A stretch of 17,621 bases of DNA from Tolypothrix carrinoi HA7290-LM1 (GCA_019358935.1 JAHHIK010000142.1:1-17621), one strand, 5' to 3'; counted from the stretch's first letter, positions 1 to 7,999 are shown. Numbers and translations: made by a program. The notes: generated from the sequence alone by a model not told the origin.

Positions 1-121
1 GTCTGCGGGAAGCATGAAGCAACTAGGTCAAGCGAAACGTCGAAAATCTCAGGCTGAAATTGCTAATAATGACTTGGGGAATGTAGAAACCCCAAGCTCA
101 GGCGAAGCCAGCTTGGGGTAG
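1..121 (+). CDS. tnpB: 3' end (partial, cut by window edge) of a probable TnpB RNA-guided endonuclease of an IS200/IS605-family element
   Basis: Frame +2 is open from the window edge to TAG at 119-121 (SAGSMKQLGQAKRRKSQAEIANNDLGNVETPSSGEASLG*). This resembles the C-terminal tail of cyanobacterial TnpB proteins and overlaps a typical right-end hairpin. RuvC motifs lie outside the window. Confidence 0.62.
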   Translation, partial: SAGSMKQLGQAKRRKSQAEIANNDLGNVETPSSGEASLG

Positions 122-126
122 TTCAT
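86..126 (+). mobile_element. IS200/IS605-family right end (subterminal hairpin plus TTCA(T) cleavage site); 3' part of the predicted omegaRNA scaffold
   Basis: GAAA followed by a perfect 10-bp stem ACCCCAAGCT(89-98)/AGCTTGGGGT(110-119) with an inner GGC-GAA-GCC hairpin, then AGTTCAT. Sequence switches abruptly to IS110 coding sequence at about 127. Confidence 0.72.
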
Positions 127-1015
127 CTCAAATGAACATACAACTGCATCAAGCCGGAGCGTGATATTACAGGCACTACAGGAATGGCAATCAGACGAGC
201 GATTGTCGCTGGGGAACGTGACCCACAAGTACTTGCTGCCAAAAAACACCACCGTGTCAAACGTAGTGAAGCTGAAATTGCTGCAGCGCTCAATGGTGAT
301 TACCGCAAAGAACACTTGTTTGTTTTACAACAAGAGTTACAACTGTATGATTTTTACCAAACCCAAATTGTAGATTGTGACCGTCAGATTGAGGACTGCC
401 TAGCTCAATTTGACGATAAAGTTGATATTTCACAATCTCCCCTTAAACAACCCAAACACCTTCGTCATCAACCTCAAGGTAATGAACCTGCCTTTGATTT
501 GCACACCTCACTTTACCGGATGAGTGGTGTAGATTTTACTCGTGTTGATGGTCTTGGTGTCCTGACAGTACAAATTATTCTCTCTGAGGTTGGTTTAGAC
601 CCCTCTCGATTTCCCACAGTTAAGCACTTTACTTCCTGGCTTGGTGCAATGCCTGTGGCAGTCGCATCACTGGTGGCAAAGTTAAAAGTCAAGAGACCCG
701 TCCGGTTGTTAATCGTGCAGGAAGATGCTTTCCGCATGGCAGCACAGACTGCGGGCAAGAGTCATTCTGCTAGTGGTGCATTTTATCGTCGCTTACGTTC
801 TCGACTTGGTGCTCCCAAAGCCATTACTGCTACCGCTCATAAAGAACGCACGTATTTTCTACAAACTTTGGACAACAGGAGGAGATTATACCGATCCTGG
901 TATGGATTATTATGAGCAGCGCTACCGAGAGCGAATGGTCAATAATCTTCAGAAAAAAGCTCATTCTTTTGGCTTTGAGCTTATTCCTCAGCCTTCAGCA
1001 AATACGGTTTCTTAG
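127..1015 (+). pseudogene. IS110-family transposase, 5'-interrupted and frameshifted
   Basis: Stitched frames give QMNIQLHQ / DITGTTGMAIRRAIVAGERDP...GVDFTRVDGLGVLTVQIILSEVGLDPSRFPTVKHFTSWLG / GSRITGGKVK / AFRMAAQ...FYRRLRSRLGAPKAITATAHK / ARIFY...YYEQRYRERMVNNLQKKAHSFGFEL. Frameshifts occur near 157, 650-720 and 845. The N-terminal DEDD part is missing from the window. Confidence 0.9.
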
Positions 1016-1101
1016 AAGAGGGAAAACGCCACATGCAGAAAGTCTGTCGCTTCTAGCCTTAACGCGATCGCAGTGGCTCTTCTCTTGCAGTGCTGGACTC
1101 A

Positions 1102-1131
1102 CCATTACCCATTACCAATTCCCAATTACCA
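1102..1131. repeat. STRR-type heptamer repeat (CCA[A/T]TTAC-like, about 4 degenerate units)
   Basis: ccattacccattaccaattcccaattacca. Confidence 0.8.
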
Positions 1132-1193
1132 CTTGTATAACGCCAAGCCATCTGGAGAGAATATGTCCATCCAGTAAGGTGAATCCCCAGTAA

Positions 1194-1412
1194 CTCGCTT
1201 ACCCGATAAAGGCAGCATTTGCCCCAAATACCCACCGACGCCGACTTTCGCGCCGTCAAAGAGCGATCGCTTCACCCGATGGGATAAGAAAGACGCGCCA
1301 AGTTCCGCTACACCCAACGCTTTACTTTATTCTCGCAAACTATAAACCACCCCAAGGGATATGGCTGTTTCCCGGCATCGATGGGAAACATATCTCAATG
1401 CAAGCAGAGTAG
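1194..1412 (+). pseudogene. Degenerate tyrosine recombinase (phage-integrase family) fragment
   Basis: Frame +3, with no start codon so absent from the ORF track, reads ASPDGIRKTRQVPLHPTLYFILANYKPPQGIWLFPGIDGKHISMQAE*, preceded by FRAV in frame +1. This matches the K..R.VP / WLFP / ..IS patch of integrases. Confidence 0.65.
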
Positions 1413-1424
1413 TGCAGCAATTGA

Positions 1425-1703
1425 GTCAGGGCGATCGCGCAACGCCGGCGACCGCCGGCTGCACCTTTATTTACTTTATGGAACAATCGCGGTCTTTACA
1501 TCACCAAAAGCAAACGCATAACATCACTTGAAAAACAAGTCTTGGGACTTCAAAAACAGGTCGAGACTTTAACGATCCGTTTAAACCAAGCTTTCGTAAT
1601 GCTACTGCGTTCTCGTCCAGATTTGGCGCGGTCTTTACAGCGCGATTGGGAAGAAATTAATCAAGACGCGACGCCACCAGAGCGAAAACGTCGCCATTTC
1701 TAG
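1425..1703 (+). pseudogene. Start-less or frameshifted small ORF with coiled-coil character, unknown product
   Basis: Frame +3 is open from 1425 to TAG at 1701-1703 (…SKRITSLEKQVLGLQKQVETLTIRLNQAFVMLLRSRPDLARSLQRDWEEINQDATPPERKRRHF*). The ATG at 1478 is one frame off and would join by removing one A from CAAAAG near 1506. Confidence 0.35.
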
Positions 1704-1735
1704 TATTAAAAACTACAAAAATTTTCTTCGTACCA

Positions 1736-2234
1736 ATGCCCGTTTTAACACGACAGAACCAGGGGCGGCGCGCGTCGCCTCACCCCCAAAAGACAAAGTT
1801 TAGTTGTACGCCATCGGACTCGCCGTTTGAAGAAATAAGACAAGTGCAACAAAGAGATACGCCTTATGGGGACAGGCTTGTGAGCGTAGATCCGCTTTTT
1901 CACTCTTCGACTCGGAACTTCGGTTGCCTGTCCAAAAGCGAGCGTAGGACTGGTCGGCTCTCTTTTTCAAATAACTGCAATACACCATTTTTTGCCTGAG
2001 GGATTATTTCTAATCCCCCTTACGCGCGGGAGATGTTGGCTGTCAAATGAGTGTCCAGCATCGGACAAACGGGACATCAAACGAACCAAACGCAACCGTT
2101 CTCGCGATGCTTTTAAAATGAGAATCGGTATGGGGACGGTGCTTGAGCAGTCTGGAGATGATTTAATTGAAAAAGCCTCACACTGGGAAGCTGTGTCGAA
2201 TAGCACTTTGGCAATACGTACTGTGTCAGGTTGA
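1736..2234 (+). pseudogene. Possible frameshifted hypothetical gene (ORFs 1736-1999 and 1992-2234)
   Basis: The frame of ORF 1992-2234 is open back to about 1890. Removing one T from the T-run near 1896-1900 would fuse it to the ATG at 1736. No family recognised. Confidence 0.25.
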
Positions 2235-2309
2235 AACCGGCAAACTAAAGCGTAACTCAGTTACAAAGCGTATGATTGGACTACAAAGATGATTTGAAGA
2301 ATCTCACTA

Positions 2310-2342
2310 CACCTCAAGGCAAGCAGCACCTCAAGGCAAGCA
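2310..2342. repeat. Perfect 16-bp tandem direct repeat
   Basis: CACCTCAAGGCAAGCA at 2310-2325 and 2327-2342. Confidence 0.9.
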
Positions 2343-2436
2343 CTTACATTCTTAAACTTATGGCGAAAGTTGCCTTCCATGCTTTTTGATGAACTGGTGA
2401 AGGCAAAGGGCGCAACCAACTAACTAAAGTGAAGCA

Positions 2437-4209
2437 ATGGTTAATCAGACATACACGGCTGATGTTTTAGTTGTCGGTGGGGGAACCGGCGGAACTGCTG
2501 CTGCTATCCAAGCAGCGCGAAGAAAAGCAAAAACTATCCTGGTGAGCGAATTTCCTTGGTTGGGGGGAATGCTGACTTCAGCCGGGGTGTCTGCACCCGA
2601 TGGTAATGAATTAGAAGCATTTCAGACAGGTTTATGGGGTGAGTTTTTGCGAGAATTGCGTTCTCGACAGCCAGGAGGATTAGACAATAGTTGGGTAAGC
2701 TTTTTTAGTTACGATCCCCGCATTGGGGCGGCGATTTTTGCCGATTGGGTGCGAGAATTACCAAATCTGCATTGGATTGCTGGCAAAGTTCCCTTAGAAG
2801 TTTTGCGACAGGCAGATTGTGTTACTGGCGTTCGCTTTGCTGATTTTACTGTCAAAGCTAAGATTATTCTCGACGGCACAGAATTAGGAGATTTATTAGC
2901 TTTGGCGGAAATACCTCACCGTTGGGGTTGGGAATTGCAATCTCAGTGGCAAGAACCAAGCGCCCCAGCAAATTATAATTATATCACAGAAAAATATCCT
3001 GTGCAAGCGCCGACTTGGGTTGTGATGATGCAAGATTTTGGTGAAGAAGAACGACAAGAAATTGAGAAAGCACCCAATCAAGATTTATCAATGTTTGCAG
3101 GCGCTTGGGATGATTATGGTGCCGAGAAGTTTTTGAATTACGGACGCTTACCGGGGGGGCTGTTGATGATAAATTGGCCCATCTGTGGCAATGACTACGG
3201 CAAAGAAGTCGGGCGTTTGATAGAGTCAGAGACATCAAAAAGTGAGTTTTTACAAGAATGTCGCTGGCACAGCCAAAATTTTGCCCATTTTATCCAAAAT
3301 CAGCTAGGTCATCGCTACGGCTTGGCAGAACAAGTTTTTCCCGAATACCGAAATTCCAGCACGGCTTACGCCCTACATCCCTACTACCGGGAAAGCCGCC
3401 GTTTGGTGGGACTAACTACTGTGCGAGAACAGGATATTTTGCCGATCGCTCTTGGTAGAGTTGCATCCTTAAATATCGAAGCAATCGCTATTGGTAATTA
3501 CGCCAATGACCACCATTATCCCGGAGTCAACTACCAGCTACAACCCAAATCTATCCGCTGGGGGGGACGTTGGACAGGAACTCCCTTTACAATTCCTTAC
3601 CGTTGTTTAATACCCGCGCAAACGGATGGTTTATTGGTGTGTGAAAAAAATATCTCTGTATCGCATATCACTAATGGGGCAACAAGATTGCAACCTGTGG
3701 TAATGGGCATCGGTCAAGCGGCAGGAATGGCAGCTGCTATGTGCGTTGAATTGAACATTCAGCCGAGAGATTTACCTGTGAGAATGCTGCAAAATGCTTT
3801 GTTGCAAGACTTACATTCTCCGGCTACAATCGTTCCATTATTCAATTTACCGCCCGATCATCCGGAATGGCTGGACTGGCAACTGTATTACTTAGACAAC
3901 CCAGATGCTTATCCAGCTACTGGAAATTGTCCCATTTCATCTAATATTCAGTACAGTAACTTGCAAAATCAATACGTACAATCACTTAAAGAAGAATATT
4001 TCCGGGGCATCTTCCATCGCCTAGATCGGCAAGATTACAGATTTAGCATCACCACAGCAACTCAAAACCAATTGTTTTTACAACTTGTGACCTTGCGATC
4101 GCATATAGACGAGCAACTGCAAAATTTTATTGATAAGCAACCGCTACAAATTTGCGGTTCCTGGAATCGTGCTGGTAATTGGTTATTAGTTGAACATATT
4201 GAAAAATAA
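2437..4209 (+). CDS. FAD-dependent oxidoreductase (590 aa)
   Basis: N-terminal Rossmann motif DVLVVGGGTGGTAAAIQAAR, plus LGGMLT, YYRESRR, IPYRCLIP and ATRLQPVVMGIGQAAG motifs. Confidence 0.92.
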   Translation: MVNQTYTADVLVVGGGTGGTAAAIQAARRKAKTILVSEFPWLGGMLTSAGVSAPDGNELEAFQTGLWGEFLRELRSRQPGGLDNSWVSFFSYDPRIGAAIFADWVRELPNLHWIAGKVPLEVLRQADCVTGVRFADFTVKAKIILDGTELGDLLALAEIPHRWGWELQSQWQEPSAPANYNYITEKYPVQAPTWVVMMQDFGEEERQEIEKAPNQDLSMFAGAWDDYGAEKFLNYGRLPGGLLMINWPICGNDYGKEVGRLIESETSKSEFLQECRWHSQNFAHFIQNQLGHRYGLAEQVFPEYRNSSTAYALHPYYRESRRLVGLTTVREQDILPIALGRVASLNIEAIAIGNYANDHHYPGVNYQLQPKSIRWGGRWTGTPFTIPYRCLIPAQTDGLLVCEKNISVSHITNGATRLQPVVMGIGQAAGMAAAMCVELNIQPRDLPVRMLQNALLQDLHSPATIVPLFNLPPDHPEWLDWQLYYLDNPDAYPATGNCPISSNIQYSNLQNQYVQSLKEEYFRGIFHRLDRQDYRFSITTATQNQLFLQLVTLRSHIDEQLQNFIDKQPLQICGSWNRAGNWLLVEHIEK

Positions 4210-4253
4210 TCATGGCATTTTTTTTAGTCAAAAACATTGCTTTTGTCAAAATG

Positions 4254-4282
4254 TCCGGACGCAGGAAAAAAAACTAAGTATA
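4254..4282 (+). promoter_or_regulatory. DIF1-type (HetR-dependent, heterocyst-specific) promoter of patX
   Basis: TCCGGA at 4254-4259, an 18-nt spacer, then GTATA at 4278-4282, about 35 nt upstream of the patX ATG. Confidence 0.8.
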
Positions 4283-4316
4283 AGTTAAGTGGAGAGTTCC
4301 AAAATAGACACTTACT

Positions 4317-4559
4317 ATGCGTGCAACTATTTCACTTCTAATTACTAGCTTAGTATTCGGCTCCTTAGCTTTTAACTGCCAAGCGATGGCAAATCGCTTA
4401 TCTAATCTGTTCCTATCCTATGATGATTCAGAACAATTTATATCGGTGAAACCCAAGCCCAAACCCAGAACTAACCAACCAGAACTGCCAATACCTCATC
4501 GGGGTAGCGGACGCAGAGAGTTAATGCAATATGTCGGTCAGACATATCCTGCTGTTTAA
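4317..4559 (+). CDS. patX: Heterocyst-inhibiting signalling peptide PatX (80 aa)
   Basis: Hydrophobic N-terminal signal peptide ending ..CQAMA, Pro-rich linker and PIPHRGSGRR motif near the C-terminus. It has a DIF1 promoter and lies between an FAD oxidoreductase and the glnA region. Confidence 0.92.
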   Translation: MRATISLLITSLVFGSLAFNCQAMANRLSNLFLSYDDSEQFISVKPKPKPRTNQPELPIPHRGSGRRELMQYVGQTYPAV

Positions 4560-5075
4560 CAACTATAAGGGAAGGTAACTTGTTAAAGCGACAATTTTCT
4601 TGTAGCAAGAAAATCTTCATCGAGTTAAACAGGGTGTTATGTCAAAATATTTGATACATACACCCTTAGTACATATATAGCAGTAGAGATACAAAAACGG
4701 GCAGCGATCGCTCAGTACTTCGACACTTTTGCTTCTGTATACATACGAGAGTCGTAAACCTTGCCTCAAAACGCGAAGCAACCTAGCTTCACGGCAAGAC
4801 AGCATCACAAGTTTTTCAATTACAACAATAATCGGAAAATTCTCAGCTCAACTTCAACTTATCTAGAAAAAATCTCATTAAGGCTATCAGTTAAGCTTTA
4901 GTAGTTCGAGCTGCTTTGATATTTGCAATGTTGTTCGTTCTAGGAAATAGCCTGAATGCTTCTCTACTTTGGTACGCTCACAGGCTTTCTCATGCGTCGA
5001 AGGCAGCTAGCTAGTTATTTGGCGTTGCTGAATTATTGACCTTTAATACCATTTCACGATCGCAACACATATAAA

Positions 5076-5106
5076 TGTAGAGACGTAGCATTGCTACGTC
5101 TCCACA
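5076..5106. repeat. GTAG-headed REP-like palindrome; possible terminator or stabiliser for the ferritin-like gene
   Basis: TGTAGAGACGTAGCA-T-TGCTACGTCTCCACA (one mismatch), 20 nt past the stop at 5127. Confidence 0.75.
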
Positions 5107-5126
5107 AAAACCCTGCAAGGATTGTT

Positions 5127-6017
5127 TTATGATTGCTTAGTCTTTTCTGTGCCCTTAATGCCGTTAAGGAACATCGGCACGAATTTATCCATAAACGCTT
5201 GTGGGTCGCGCTGCCAAGCCTTTTGTGCCGCCATAATTCTGGTAAACTGCAAGTCAGGTGCTAACAAAGTCTGCGGTAAGCGCTCCATTAAATACTGGGG
5301 ACGTTCCCAAACAGGCATTGTGTTTGCCACTTCTACCAAGTTGGCAACTCGGCGCAATTCCGCTCCTAAGGTGATATCCATTCCGGATTCAAACGCTGCT
5401 TGTTCAATTGCTGCATATTTCCGCTTTGCCTTTTCCACCTGTTGTTGATGTTCTGGACTCTTGCGGGCAATTTCTGCTAACCAACGATTACCCCAGCGAA
5501 CGTGTCCTGCTTCTTCTGGGAGAATTTTCTCAATCGTTTCCCGAATTTTAATATTTTCTTCGGTTTGGGGTGCTTGCTTGAGAGCGTAAATGTGTGCCGA
5601 GAAATATTCGCAACCTCGTTTTTCAGTGACGTTAATCGCTGCGAGGGAAGAAATCAGAAAATCATCAAGGTCTTTAACTGGATCTTTTTGGTCGCTGTCT
5701 AAGAGCCTTTCAAATTCGTTGATGTAGGATGAACCAGGGGGAGTTCCCACATCGCTTTTCAACTCCACCAACAAATCAGTTAGCCACATCGCGTGACGAG
5801 CTTCATCTGAGATATGATGTGATAAATCTCGGACTAATTCTGGTGGTTTGCCGTTAAGTAGTTCAATTACCTCAGTCAGGTCTTTGCAGCTGCGTTGTTC
5901 GCTGTAACGGTAGCGGTTGAGGGTGATTAAATGAATTTCGCGATCGCCCACTACCCGACTTAAGATATCTCTCGCACCCAAAGCATTCTGAAATTTACGT
6001 GGGTAAGCAACAGTCAT
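5127..6017 (-). CDS. Ferritin-like (diiron-carboxylate) domain protein (296 aa)
   Basis: Two E...ExxH pairs (SEQRS...DEARH; TEKRG...EEAGH) in a helical protein. Confidence 0.85.
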   Translation of the reverse strand: MTVAYPRKFQNALGARDILSRVVGDREIHLITLNRYRYSEQRSCKDLTEVIELLNGKPPELVRDLSHHISDEARHAMWLTDLLVELKSDVGTPPGSSYINEFERLLDSDQKDPVKDLDDFLISSLAAINVTEKRGCEYFSAHIYALKQAPQTEENIKIRETIEKILPEEAGHVRWGNRWLAEIARKSPEHQQQVEKAKRKYAAIEQAAFESGMDITLGAELRRVANLVEVANTMPVWERPQYLMERLPQTLLAPDLQFTRIMAAQKAWQRDPQAFMDKFVPMFLNGIKGTEKTKQS

Positions 6018-6093
6018 AGTTTTTATAGAGTTTTGTAAACCGCTATTTTTGATAGTAACTTAGTACTAGCTCGGTTGATCGTTATAACGTGTA

Positions 6094-6136
6094 GCGATCG
6101 CCTCACCTTTTTTATCAAGGAAGGTTGGGCGATCGC
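6094..6136. other. Intergenic hairpin closed by two HIP1 sites
   Basis: GCGATCGCCTCACCTT...AAGGTTGGGCGATCGC between the methyltransferase stop and the ferritin-like start. Confidence 0.6.
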
Positions 6137-6162
6137 GCGTGCTGCAAATATCCGCAAAAATG

Positions 6163-7218
6163 TTATGCTGGCTTATGAGCAATCAAATACTTACTCATAA
6201 AGTGGACTTGAGTTGTAATATTCTCAAAACCCGCTTTTTCTAAACGCTCCACCAAATTATCTGTGGTGTAATGCTTGTAGTAAGGTTCGTGGAAAGTTTC
6301 ATGGAAGTTTTCCATGATTGGTTCCATTTCCGGAGAATCGCTCATCTGAATTGAATCACAGATAATAAACACCCCACCTGGTTTTGTCACCCGGAAGCAT
6401 TCTTCAATTACCCGCTGACGTACCGCTGGGGGTAACTCATGGAAAAGGAAAACAGAAGTTACAGCATGGAAATAGTTATCTAAATAAGGTAACTCTTCCG
6501 CATTTGCTTGTAAGAGTTGCGGTAACTCCCCAGGTATTTGGGATAACAGTTCTATAGCCTTACGCAAATAAGCCGGCGATAAATCTGTACCATACAAAGA
6601 CGCTTGAGACAAAGCAGCGCGAATCGACTTTAGAGTGCGACCTGTTCCACAAGCTACATCTAAAACACGTATTTGCCGGGGTGACACATCACTGAAAACT
6701 TTCAGCCCCTCCTTCAACAAAGCGAGAATCCGCCGGCGCATTGCATCCGCAGAACCACCAAAGAGAATTTCCACCTGCAAATCATACAAATTAGCTGAGT
6801 AATCACTCAAATAGCCATCAGTTTGGTGATGGAAGTTCTGTACATAATAGCTGGGATAACCCTCAATATCCACATTTGAAGAAAATTCTTGATATTTCTT
6901 TTGGTTAGCGCGTTCCCAGAGTTGGGGTAAATCTAGCCACATTGCTGGATAGTAGCGGAAAAAGTCTGACCAAGGGTTATCAAATAGTAAGCTTGTAGGA
7001 TACACCCCCCGTTCAGCATCTTGCCAATCAACTTCAAGTAAGTTATTTAGCCTTTGTTGAACTTTGAATAAAAGCTCAGTTGGCAGCGGTTTGGTCTGGT
7101 GCTGACTGGGAGAGATGAGATTCATTAAGCGCGTGCTTAAAATTTTGTGTGCCAGACCAAAGTAATTTTTACCTTGCTGAAAAGTCTGATAAGTCAGTTT
7201 GGTCAAAGTGTCAGACAT
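6163..7218 (-). CDS. Class I SAM-dependent methyltransferase (351 aa)
   Basis: VLDVACGTG motif I, GTDLS, ANAEELPY, FLFHELP, RVTKPGG. Confidence 0.92.
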   Translation of the reverse strand: MSDTLTKLTYQTFQQGKNYFGLAHKILSTRLMNLISPSQHQTKPLPTELLFKVQQRLNNLLEVDWQDAERGVYPTSLLFDNPWSDFFRYYPAMWLDLPQLWERANQKKYQEFSSNVDIEGYPSYYVQNFHHQTDGYLSDYSANLYDLQVEILFGGSADAMRRRILALLKEGLKVFSDVSPRQIRVLDVACGTGRTLKSIRAALSQASLYGTDLSPAYLRKAIELLSQIPGELPQLLQANAEELPYLDNYFHAVTSVFLFHELPPAVRQRVIEECFRVTKPGGVFIICDSIQMSDSPEMEPIMENFHETFHEPYYKHYTTDNLVERLEKAGFENITTQVHFMSKYLIAHKPA

Positions 7219-7462
7219 GAGTGAGAATGGCTGGGATTATTTTACCTGTAGTACTTTGTTGTAAATAATTGTAAAATTTTTCTCATCAATCTTCAGAAAG
7301 ATGCGGACTAAAGGATGAAGTGTCAAGTCTGAAGTCTGAAGTCAATCTGAGCGGATTATTTGATCGCGAAGCTTTTAGCCGTTCACCCTTCTAGGGTGTC
7401 GGGCTTCGTAGTGGCATTACTTTACCTCATAAATATTAAGTTTTATTGCGAAAAGGCATTTT

Positions 7463-7494
7463 GTAACTTTGGTTACAGAATTTCTTGATATAGT
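7463..7494 (+). promoter_or_regulatory. NtcA box in a repressing position at the gifA promoter
   Basis: GTA-ACTTTGGT-TAC (7463-7476), perfect GTAN8TAC, only 12 nt from a candidate -10 TATAGT (7489-7494), so it overlaps the -35 region. Confidence 0.85.
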
Positions 7495-7552
7495 AGTTAT
7501 GTAGATGAAAAACGAATCTATAAATCATTAAAACAATAAAGAGGAATTTGAT

Positions 7553-7756
7553 ATGTCTACCCAAGAAAAAGCGCGTGCTTTGATGATGCGTCATTACCAG
7601 CTGGTCAAGAATCGTCAACAATCGATGCTGGAACGTGTTGGTGAAGAACTTGGTCTTCCTGCTGGCGAAGCATCCCATTACTGGAACCCGATTCAAGGCA
7701 AGATAGATCCTACCGTTCGTATGACTTACGATCGCAGCAATGCCACAATGAGCTAG
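7553..7756 (+). CDS. gifA: Glutamine synthetase inactivating factor IF7
   Basis: 67 aa, MSTQEKARALMMRHYQLVKNRQQSMLER signature, GAGGA RBS, convergent with glnA. Confidence 0.93.
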   Translation: MSTQEKARALMMRHYQLVKNRQQSMLERVGEELGLPAGEASHYWNPIQGKIDPTVRMTYDRSNATMS

Positions 7757-7832
7757 GGACTCTAAATGTGTCTTATTAACGTAGTGAGCGATTTATCGCT
7801 CAATTTAATCAGAACAACCCAAGTTCCTAGTC

Positions 7833-7861
7833 AAAAAAAAAGCCACCACTAAAGGTGGCTT
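7833..7861 (-). terminator. Intrinsic terminator of glnA
   Basis: Stem AAGCCACC/GGTGGCTT (7840-7847 / 7854-7861) followed on the minus strand by a T-run (A-run 7833-7841 on plus). Confidence 0.8.
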
Positions 7862-7939
7862 AATTATGTTCTCAAATACCGCATTTGGGCTGAGGTGAGG
7901 ATTGCTATTTTCAGCAACGCTTACTCAATGCGTATCCTT

Positions 7940-7998
7940 GATTTAAGCGTTGAAACGCTTACGCTCAATTAAGATTTAAGCGTTTCAACGCTTACTAC
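7940..7998. repeat. Two tandem REP-like palindromes in the glnA 3' UTR
   Basis: GATTTAAGCGTTGAAACGCTTAC (7940-7962) and GATTTAAGCGTTTCAACGCTTAC (7973-7995). The minus strand starts with GTAG at 7998, and a related GTAGTGAGCGATTTATCGCTCA lies at 7781-7802. Confidence 0.75.
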
Positions 7999-7999
7999 T

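Noticed and set aside
49..1317. Short alternative-frame and antisense ORFs over the IS110 and integrase relics
   Set aside because: Shadow frames of pseudogenes; only 725-1015 carries real transposase C-terminal sequence in its second half.
6055..6066. GTA…TAC upstream of the ferritin-like gene as an NtcA box
   Set aside because: The spacer is 6 nt, not 8.
7366..7409. Hairpin containing CGTTCACCCT upstream of gifA, considered as a glutamine (glnA-motif) riboswitch
   Set aside because: It lacks the GGAAGTA…GAAG(G/C)AACG elements and lies upstream of the predicted gifA promoter; more likely a repeat-derived hairpin.
5022..7920. 11-bp inverted match GCGTTGCTGAA / TTCAGCAACGC as possible composite-transposon ends
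   Set aside because: The match is short, encloses conserved core genes, and has no transposase or target duplication; probably independent repeat fragments.
7916..7998. Repeated palindromes considered as a mini CRISPR array
   Set aside because: Only two full units with a 10-nt spacer and no cas genes; fits REP-like repeats.
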